Positions 54,641 to 64,000 of a DNA stretch of 64,000 nucleotides are shown here, in pieces. This stretch comes from Eledone cirrhosa (lineage: Eukaryota), in NCBI GenBank assembly GCA_964016885.1, contig OZ024762.1, positions 19,964,001 to 20,028,000 on the forward strand, written 5' to 3'. A program made the translations under genes and the position numbers. The notes beneath the pieces are model-generated. The model did no database searches. It was given only the letters and a program-made list of their open reading frames with translations, and had not been told where the DNA came from. The stretch's first letter is position 1. Each line of letters begins with the position of its first letter.

Positions 54641-55320
54641 AATATTAATATGTGTAGAAGTAAACACAGTAGACCCGTGTCTAAATATTTTATTTGTATT
54701 TCGGCTCCTTATCTGTTAAGCTTATAAAAATGAGTGTAAATAGGCTATTATTTCTAGCATAACCACTCGCACCACACGAGGTGTAAACTTTAGTGAGTTT
54801 ATGGTTATAGGTGTTATGTAACATTTAGTCTTATCTCCTGCTCATGAAATGCCTACGGATTACTTGTTACAAACACGATTCATTCATTCAGGGTGGAACA
54901 GATTAAATCTTTAGTCTGTCCGGGAGATGAAATGATTATTGATATGGTATGTATGAGAAATCTTGTAAGAAATCCCATATGATTCAGGTTGAATGATATA
55001 TAACATTTGTGGTGTAATCTACCCTCGTAATTTTAGACACGGGTTTACTGTGTTTACTTCTCTCTATATATATATACATAATATAATTTAGAGTTTACAC
55101 TCAGGGGTCAATTACAATTATTTAGCTCTAAGAAAGAAGCATTTCTGAGCAGTACAATACAAGTTAATATAAATAAATATATGATCAACACTTATGTGTT
55201 TTTATTGTCAATTTACAATAAAAACACATAAGTGTTGATCATATATTTATTTATATTAACTTGTATATATACATACATGCATTTAATCACAACCTTGCTA
55301 GGAGAGAAAGCAGACTTTGA

Positions 55321-55382
<62 letters not shown>

Positions 55383-55594
55383 CTTACCTCATATACATAG
55401 ATTTGAAAATGCAAATATACATACGTACTTACATACATTTAACAGCACAGACATAAATATATTCAATAACATAAACATACATACTTATATATAAACATTT
55501 AACCACACATACACACATATTTACTGACACAAGTATGCATACAGTTAACACATTATACAGTTAATACATTTATCTATGCAAAAAAACAAAAAAC

Positions 55595-56485
55595 TCTGTC
55601 TTAAGCCAGAAGACTCGTTTAGCTGGTGCTTATCCCAGTTTCATGGCGTGAAGCGACTGAGAGTACAAGACTTCCCCCTGGACAGGAAGCCAGTCCATCG
55701 CATAGTTAAACCCACAGCTATTGCTGGTACTTGTTTTCAGCTGAGTATACTGGAGCAATGTGACATGAAGTGTTTTGCTCAAGAACACAAAACACAACTC
55801 AAGAATCGAACCCACGACAATATGATCCTAAGTCCAACATCCTTACCACTTGGCTATGTGCCTCCACTTTATCTATGCAAACACAAATCATCATCATTTC
55901 ATCATTTCATTTTACGTCCACTTTTCCCTGCTTGCAAGGGTGGGACGGGAACTGATTCTGGCTTGATTTCTACAGCTGGATGCCCTTCCTAACACCAACC
56001 TCATTTACAGTGAGTGCTGGGTGCTTTTTTGCCGTGGCACTTCCACGTCCACTTTACAGTGAGTGCTGGGTGCTTTTTTGCTGTGTCACCTCCACGACCA
56101 CTTTGCAGTGGAATGATAGGGACCCCAGTCCCTATCATCTCATTTCTACAGCTGAGTAAACTGGAGCAATGTGAAATAAAGTGCCTTGCTCAAGGAAACA
56201 ACACATCACCCGGTCTGAGAATTGAACTCACAACCTTTCGATTGCAAGGCCAATGCTCTAACCACTAAGCCATGTGCCTCCATATATACATTTAATTGTT
56301 TCTACTTTTGGCACAAGGCCAGCAATTATCCAGTGCATTACTGGTACTTTATTTTATCGACCCCCGTAAGGATGAAGGACAAAGTTAACCTCGGCGGGAT
56401 TTGAACTCAGAATGGCAAGGGCCGTAACTCTATGCGTCAAAGCATGGCGTCCGACCCTCTACCGATACTGCCAATCCACCACCCT
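55595..56485 (-). mobile_element. Head-to-tail cluster of SINE families B (55595-55866), C (55890-56281) and A (56293-56485)
   Basis: Each matches its family elsewhere in the window. Confidence 0.85.
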
Positions 56486-56559
56486 AATATATATACATAC
56501 ACTTCAGAGGGGTAACCAAGAGGAAGAGCACCAGTGATATACACCTTATCCAGTCACAG

Positions 56560-57090
56560 GAAGGCCCCCAAATGGTTGATAGCTTCTGCTATCTAGGCAA
56601 TTAGCAATGGAGGAGGGTGTTCTGAGAGCATAATATCTAGAATAAGGATACAATGGAAAAAGTTTAGAGAGCTACTCCCACTGTTGACCACAAAAGGTTT
56701 CTCCCTTTGTACAAAAGGACGGCTGCAAGATGCCTGTGTGCGAAGAGCAATGCTGCATGGTAGTGAAACATGGACTGTGACTGCAGAGGACATGTGAAGA
56801 CGAGAGAAATGAATCAACCATGCTTCACTTGATGTGTAATGTGCAATGTAAGTGTGAGAGAAAGGCAGAGTTTGGGTAAGTTGAGGGGAAAGCTGGGTTT
56901 AAGAGGAATCTGAGGTGGTGTGCAGGAGAGAAGACTGTGTTTGTATGGACATGTGATGTGCATGAATGATGATTGCTGGGTGAAGAAATGCCAGGATATC
57001 TCAGTAGAAGGAAGCCATTGTAGAGGACAACCAAGAAAGACCTAGGAAGAGGTTGTGAGAGCTGACCTCAAATCATTGAAACTCACAGAG
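56560..57090 (+). mobile_element. RTE-type LINE RT fragment (degenerate)
   Basis: RIRIQWKKFRELLPLLTTKGFSLCTKGRLQDACVRRAMLHGSETWTVTAED. Confidence 0.8.
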
Positions 57091-57139
57091 ATGGAAATGG
57101 TGGTGGTTGTAGTAGATGTGATGGTGTTGGCAATAACGG

Positions 57140-57348
57140 TTTCTTATATTAGCACAAGGCCGTCAATTTTTGGGAAAGTCGATTAAATCGACCCAGTGCG
57201 TGACTGGTACATTATTGTATCGACCCCCGTAATGATGAAAGGCAAAGTTAACCTCGGCGGGATTTGAACTCAGATCATAAAGGGGCGTAACTCTATGCTG
57301 CAAAGCATGGCATCCGACCCTCTACCGATACTGCCAATCCACCGCCCT
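57140..57348 (-). mobile_element. SINE family A copy
   Basis: Reverse complement of family A. Confidence 0.8.
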
Positions 57349-58097
57349 CCGGTGTTGGCAATAATGATGGTTGTGTTAGTGTTGGTTGTGATAGTGGGTG
57401 GTATAGGCTGTGGTAGCAACGGTGGTGGCTGTAGTAGAGAGGGGGGGGGGGGGGGTAGTTGTGATGGGTTATTCCCCAAAATCTCCAGCTTTCAATTCAC
57501 AAACCTGACTACGGCAGATAATTCTAAATTATTAATTAATTGTTCTTTGTTTAAGTTTAATTAATTAATGATTTAGAAATAATATTTTGTCTAAATTTGG
57601 AACCTTTTTTTGTTTTGTTTTTGAGGTGGTGTGGCTGTTTCTTTGATTAACTCTTTGATGTTTTGGTGAGGGGGATGGAGTTGTTTGTGGTGATGTGAGG
57701 GTTTGTGGGTGGTGATGTGGGGATTTGTGGGTGGTGGGTGGGAGTTGCGTATGCTTGCCTGTGTGTGTTGGGTGGATTTGTGGAGAGGAGGAGCCAGGTG
57801 GGATGTTTGACAGATTTGTGGGGTAGGTGGTGGTGCTGGGTATGTGTTGGGTAAGGTTGTCTGTCTGTCTGGTGATGTTGGATGGATTTGTGGGGGGTGG
57901 GGGGTGTCAGGTGGATTTGTGTGTGGAGGGATGGGGGTTGGCTAGGTTGGGTGTGTGTGTGTGTGTGGCAGGAGTAAGTTAGTATCTGCTGTAAGTCCAC
58001 ATACCACTCAATATGGTAATTCCTTATAATCCATCCATGTTTAGCTACCTGGTCTATATTTCTGCCAGGTGTTGCAACCAGGTCTTGTTGATCATTT

Positions 58098-58141
<44 letters not shown>

Positions 58142-58269
58142 CTGTTTTACGTCCATTTTTCCACGCTAGCATTGGTTAGACGAGTTGTCCTGTTGTGGGC
58201 AATACTAAGTCAGGTGACCATGTCTTGCTCACACAGAACTGATTAATTTATATACATATATATATATAC

Positions 58270-58478
58270 ACAGGGTGGCGCAAAAGTCCCACGGGTCGCA
58301 CGTCCACCATTTGAAAGATGTAATTTTTCATAAGTAATATAGAGGTGTGACAGGGATTGACAAGCGCAAAATAATTTCCATTATGTCCTTTAAGTTGTAT
58401 CAAAATTTCATGCATCAATCTGTACAATTCAGGAAGTTAATAAAAACTAAATCCCCTGTGTGACTTTTGGGTCACCCT
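58270..58478. mobile_element. Tc1/mariner-like MITE
   Basis: CAGGGTGGCGCAAAAGTCCCACGGG ... CCCTGTGTGACTTTTGGGTCACCCT imperfect TIRs within (TA)n. Confidence 0.65.
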
Positions 58479-58495
58479 ATATATATATATATATA

Positions 58496-58845
58496 TATTA
58501 TAAAATAACAGGAGGCTGGACTGGTGTAAATCCTTGAAAGGTTTATTATACTATGATCATCTCAATGACCGGGTTCAGTATCAATCCCGTGACATCATCA
58601 GGTATTCAAAATATAACAAAGGAATATAACAGATAAAATCCATGGGGCTGAAAATCAGAGACAAGAGGACAACCGACTATTTAGCAGCTTCTACCTCAGT
58701 CGGCCGCCCTCAGTTATATTTTGTTATATTTTGAATACCTGATGATATCACCGGATTCATACTGAACCCGGTCATTGAAATGATCATTGTATAATAAACC
58801 TTTCAAGGATTTACACGAGTCCAGCCTCCTGTTATTTTATAATAA
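58496..58845. mobile_element. Inverted Penelope-like terminal repeats, each with a hammerhead-like motif
   Basis: About 125-bp arms (58496-58620 / 58720-58845); right arm ATAC [CTGATGA] stem [GAAA] T-GATC-A TT GTAT AATAAA; left arm has GAGA in place of GAAA. Confidence 0.65.
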
Positions 58846-58982
58846 TTAACTCCTACTCGCACCACCAACTACACAAATGAAGACGGGTGAGTTGCATTAC
58901 GTTGAGTGCTCTCCATAATATTACATCGAGATTGACCATATGGAATGACCAGTTCTATCCAGTGGTGAACCAACAAACCTAA

Positions 58983-59020
<38 letters not shown>

Positions 59021-59061
59021 ATGATATTAATAAATGGAAACTATATTTATAAAATCATATT

Positions 59062-59122
59062 TATTCTATTATATATATTTCAAGGGTACCAAAACTTTGG
59101 TACGCTCTCATCAGATAAAATA
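59062..59122 (-). ncRNA. Minimal type-I hammerhead ribozyme motif
   Basis: Minus strand TATTTTAT [CTGATGA] GAGCGTACCAAA-GT-TTTGGTACCCTT [GAAA] T-ATAT-A [TA] ATAGAATA; homolog of 21113-21177. Confidence 0.8.
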
Positions 59123-59347
59123 CAAAGTTTGTTTTATAAATAGTGACATACCCAGGAATCAGACCTTAACAGTTCAAGTCCGTGGTATTATACTCCAGAA
59201 AACCTGCCGAGTGCTTCAAATCTGTTATAAATATATTTGTTGAATTACCAACAAATTAAATATTTCTTTGCTTATATATATATACAATATATATATAGCT
59301 ATATATATATATACAATAATATATATATATATATATAGAAGGTTATT

Positions 59348-59389
<42 letters not shown>

Positions 59390-59618
59390 AATAACATTAA
59401 GAAAGATGGTGATGTTACATAAATCATTTATTCATAATAATTATTTCAACGGTTCTCTCATGCAATCCAAGAGGGAACAATTGAAATAATTATGAATAAA
59501 CGATTTATGTAATCACAGCATTTTTCTTAATGTTATTCTTATACTGAATCATTATCACATTGTAACTATGAATGTAGAAAGCTTTCTCCTGTTTGCTCCA
59601 AAACAATTTCTACTGAAC

Positions 59619-59680
<62 letters not shown>

Positions 59681-59689
59681 CAAAATAGC

Positions 59690-60585
59690 GGCCAGAATTC
59701 TCTACCTCTTTCTGTTGAAACTGGCTGTAACTGGTCGCTCAAACTGATGTTAAGGTATTGTTCTCAAAATATATGCTTTCAAAATCTCATAGATTCGATA
59801 TCATGTGAGGTAAAGCCTTTACCATGAAAATATAATAGTATATATAGAGTAATGTGAATGTTATGTGAGATATTTATGTGAGGTAAAGCCTTTACCATGA
59901 AAATATAATAGTATATATAGAGTAATGTAAATGTTATGTGAGATATTATGTGAGGTAAAGCCTTTACCATGAAAATATAATAGTATATATAGAGTAATGT
60001 GAATGTTATGTGAGATATTATGCGAGGTAAAGCCTTTACCATGAAAATATAATAGTATACATAGAGTAATGTGAGATATTATGTGAGGTAAAGCCTTTAC
60101 CATGAAAATATAATAGTATATATAGAGTAATGGGAATGTTATGTGAGATATTATGCGAGGTAAAGCCTTTACCATGAAAATATAATAGTATACATAGAGT
60201 AATGTGAGATATTATGCGAGGTAAAGCCTTTACCATGAAAATATAATAGTATACATAGAGTAATGTGAGATATTATGCGAGGTAAAGCCTTTACCATGAA
60301 AATATAATAGTATACATAGAGTAATGTGAGATATTATGTGAGGTAAAGCCTTTACCGTGAACATATAATAGTATATATAAAATAATTGTTTCTACTTTTG
60401 GCACAAGGCCAGAAATTATTTCAGTACATTACTGGTACTTTATTTTATCGACCCCGTAAGGATGAAAGGCAAAGTTAACCTCGGCGGGATTTGAACTCAG
60501 AATGGCAAGGGCCGTAACTCTATGCATCAAAGCATGGCGGCCGACCCTCTGCCAGTACTGCAAAATAATGTGAATGCTAAAGGGT
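59690..60585. mobile_element. piggyBac-like MITE with ~60-70-bp internal tandem expansion and nested family A SINE (60384-60560, -)
   Basis: GAGGTAAAGCCTTTACCATGAAAATATAATAGTATA repeated about 9 times; right end GCTAAAGGG|TTAA. Confidence 0.75.
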
Positions 60586-60613
60586 TAAATGTCTATTTCT
60601 CTTTCTTTTACAG

Positions 60614-60726
60614 GGACATCCATCTAAATCCTGTTTCCAAAGATGTTAAAAATCTACAGAAACGGCTAGAAATGGCTACTCTGGAATTAAGGGACTTGGT
60701 AGAGAAGAAAAATGTTTCTTCCATCT
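60614..60726 (+). CDS. FUT8: FUT8-like second coding exon (stem region)
   Basis: Acceptor TTTCTCTTTCTTTTACAG|G completes the phase-2 codon AAG; encodes DIHLNPVSKDVKNLQKRLEMATLELRDLVEKKNVSSI (heptad pattern like human [21 protein letters not shown]); donor T|GTGAGT, phase 1, 113 nt. Confidence 0.75.
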
Positions 60727-61470
60727 GTGAGTTGACACTTTCTTTCCTTTCTTTTTTTCTTTCTTTTTCCTTCTTTTGTAGTGTGTATGTATTGTATGTA
60801 GTGTGGAGTGTGTGGTGTGTGTGTGTGTATTGTTGTGTGGTGTGTGTATTGTAGTGTGTGTTTGTGTGTTGTAATGTGTTTGTGTGTGTGTATTGTAGTG
60901 TGTGTTTGTGTGTTGTAATGTGTTTATGTGTGTGTATTGTAGTGCGTGTTTGTTTGTATTGTAGTGTGTGTTTGTGTTGTAGTGTGTTTGTGTGTATTGT
61001 AGTGTGTGTTTGTGTGTTGTAGTGTGTTTGTGTGTATTGTAGTGTGTTTGTGTGTTGTAATGTGTTTGTGTGTGTGTATTGTAGTGTGTTTGTGTGTATT
61101 GTAGTGTGTGTTTGTGTGTTGTAGTGTGTTTGTGTGTATTGTAGTGTGTTTGTGTGTATTGTAGTGTGTGTTTGTGTGTATTGTAGTGTGGAATGTAGTG
61201 TGTGTTTGTGTGTATTGTAGTGTGTCTTTTTAGCTAGGTGTGTCTGTATGTAGTATGCGTGTGTGTATAGTAGTGTGTCTGTGGAGTGTGTGTGTGTGTG
61301 TGTTGTAATTGAAAGCTTTACTTTCTTTTTTCTTCTTTGAAATATAGTATAGGACTTGATTAATTGTCATATTCGCTTGTGTGTGTATATATACATATAT
61401 ACACACAGACACACAAACACATATATTCACATACACTCAACCATATATATATACACACACAAACACACAC

Positions 61471-61501
<31 letters not shown>

Positions 61502-61723
61502 AACACACATATATATATACACATATACACACACAAACATATATATTCACATATACACACACGCACACACACACATATACATACACAAACACACACATAT
61601 ATATTTATATACACATATACACACACAAACATATATAGTCACACACACACACATATATATAATATATACACATATTCACATACACACACACACACACACA
61701 TATATACACATACACACACACAC

Positions 61724-61760
<37 letters not shown>

Positions 61761-61815
61761 AAAATAACAGACATTTGATTTATTCATCTCATTTTTTTTT
61801 TACTTTTGTTATTAG

Positions 61816-61858
<43 letters not shown>

Positions 61859-61980
61859 GAAACCATTATTGTTGTTATTTTATGTTTATTTTCCCTTGAA
61901 CCAAACTTTATATGGATTTATTTATTATTCATTTATTTGTTCATTTGTTCATTTATTTAAATTTTAATTCCTGTATCTAG

Positions 61981-62003
61981 GCAACAGTTATTCTGGTGGA
62001 CTA
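61981..62003 (+). CDS. Possible FUT8 micro-exon
   Basis: T-rich tract plus TCTAG acceptor; in phase 1 it reads (C)NSYSGGL, then GTCAGT; alternative donor GTGGAC after 61995. Confidence 0.35.
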
Positions 62004-62120
62004 GTCAGTCTAGCCCAACATAGAGGCAAATACTGACAAAAAGTTTGGTGATTCTCTTATGTTTCAAAACTAAGTTAATTCATCTTCAACATCTTCCATT
62101 TTCACTTCATTTTCACTGAA

Positions 62121-62945
62121 GACTGGCAGTATCGGTAGAGGGTCGGACGCCATGCTTTGACATATAGAGCTACGGCCCTTGCAAATTCTGAGTTCAAAAC
62201 CCCGCCGAGGTTAACTTTGCCTTTCATCCTTACGGGGTCGATAGGGGACTGGCAGTATCGGTAGAGGGTCGGACGCCATTCTTTGACATATAGAGCTACG
62301 GCCCTTGAAAATTCTGAGTTCAAAACCCCGCCGAGGTTAACTTTGCCTTTCATCCTTACGGGGTCGATAGGGGACTGGCAGTATCGGTAGAGGGTCGGAC
62401 GCCATTCTTTGACATATAGAGCTACGGCCCTTGAAAATTCTGAGTTCAAAACCCCGCCGAGGTTAACTTTGCCTTTCATCCTTACGGGGTCGATAGGGGA
62501 CTGGCAGTATCGGTAGAGGGTCGGACGCCATTCTTTGACATATAGAGCTACGGCCCTTGAAAATTCTGAGTTCAAAACCCCGCCGAGGTTAACTTTGCCT
62601 TTCATCCTTACGGGGTCGATAGGGGACTGGCAGTATCGGTAGAGGGTCGGACGCCATTCTTTGACATATAGAGCTACGGCCCTTGCAAATTCTGAGTTCA
62701 AATCCCGCCTAGGTTAACTTTGCCTTTCATCCTTACGGGGTCGATAGTGGATTGGCAGTATCGGTAGAGAGTCGGACACCATGCATTGAAGCATAGAGTT
62801 ACGTCCCTTTATGATCTGAGTTCAAATCCCGCCGAGGTTAACTTTGCCTTTCATCCTTACGGGGTCGATAAAATAAAGTACCAGTAATGCACTGGGGTAA
62901 TTGCTGGCCTTGTGCCAACAGTAGAAACAATTATTATTATTATTA
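62121..62945 (+). mobile_element. Family A SINE with head amplified as 126-bp tandem units (6 heads)
   Basis: GACTGGCAGTATCGG at 62121, 62247, 62373, 62499 and 62625; complete SINE from about 62750. Confidence 0.9.
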
Positions 62946-62947
62946 TT

Positions 62948-63322
62948 AGTAGTAGTTGTTGTAGTAGCAGCAGCTGTAGTGGTGGTGGTGGTAGTAGAAG
63001 TAGCTGTAGTAGTAGTAGTGGTGGTGGTGGTAGTAGCAGCAGCAGCAGTGATGGTGGTAGCAGCAGTAGTAGTAGTAGTAGTAGTAGCGGCGGTGGTGGT
63101 GGTGGTGGTGGTAGCAGCAGCAGCAGCTGTTATGGTAGTAGTAGTAGTAGTAGTAGTAGTTGTAGTAGTAGCAGTGGTGGTAGTGGCAGTAGTAGTAGTA
63201 GTAGTAGTAGCAGTGGCAGTGGTAGTAGTAGTAGTAGTAGTAGTAGTTGTAGTAGTAGCAGTGGTGGTAGTGGTAGTAGTAGTAGTAGTAGTAGTAGCAG
63301 TGGTAGTGGTAGTAGTAGTAGT
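62948..63322. repeat. (GTA/GTG/GCA)n trinucleotide repeat
   Basis: Direct observation. Confidence 0.9.
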
Positions 63323-63634
63323 ATTCTCTTGACATTCAATCACTGGTCACTATGGAAATGTCCGTCTGCCATGTTTGTTTGGTTTTTTTACTTTTTTCTT
63401 CTAAATTTGGTGAAAATAATTCCATTCCTACTTTAGAAGCAAATGCCATCTTTCAATCTCTCATACCTCGGACTGATCCCACATTCTGGCAATTTCTAAA
63501 ATAAATTAAAGGCACGGGAGGGGGGGGGGGGGTGGAGGGAGGAAAAGGGGGGGAACTTTTCTTTCTGAGAAATGGGGAAAAAAATTTGATTTTCCTTCAC
63601 CCGCACCACACTTCCTCTTTCACCACTGTCACAT

Positions 63635-64000
63635 TAACCACCATCATCACATCAACCATAACCTCAACCATAACCTCAACCATCACCTCCACCTCAACAA
63701 CCATCACCACTACCTCCACCACCACAACCGCCATCATCTCCACCACCACCACCACCTCCTCAACCACGACCACAACCACCTCCACTACCACCACCACCAC
63801 CACTACCACCTCAACAACCATCACGTCACCTCAATCACCAACAACACCACCGCCACCACCACAACCGTCATCATCTCCACATTGCCACCACTTCAACAAC
63901 CACCACCCCCTCAACCTCAATCACCACCACCACCACCACCACCACCACCTCAATCACCACCACCACCATCACCACCACTATCACCAACAACACCACCACC
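63635..64000. repeat. (CAC)n degenerate repeat
   Basis: Direct observation. Confidence 0.9.

Overview
Repeat-saturated animal genomic DNA, most likely a cephalopod such as Octopus (inferred from the microsatellite load and SINE/RTE repertoire, not proven). Nearly all ORFs in the supplied track are microsatellite artefacts. The only host gene I can support is the 5' part of an alpha-1,6-fucosyltransferase (FUT8-like) on the + strand: coding exons 49094-49301 and 60614-60726, in matching phase across an 11.3-kb intron, plus a possible micro-exon at 61981. The rest is transposon debris: a 5'-truncated CR1-type LINE, several RTE-type 3' ends, three tRNA-derived SINE families, a mariner relic, hAT-, piggyBac- and Tc1-like MITEs, a Helitron end and Penelope-like (PLE) remnants. 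Most notable: (1) several minimal type-I hammerhead ribozyme motifs, one just downstream of a PLE GIY-YIG ORF end, others ORF-less or in inverted repeats; (2) repeated tandem amplification of internal TE segments into minisatellites, including 19 in-frame 72-bp copies inside the mariner transposase; (3) inverted repeats at both ends of FUT8 introns that could pair in the pre-mRNA.
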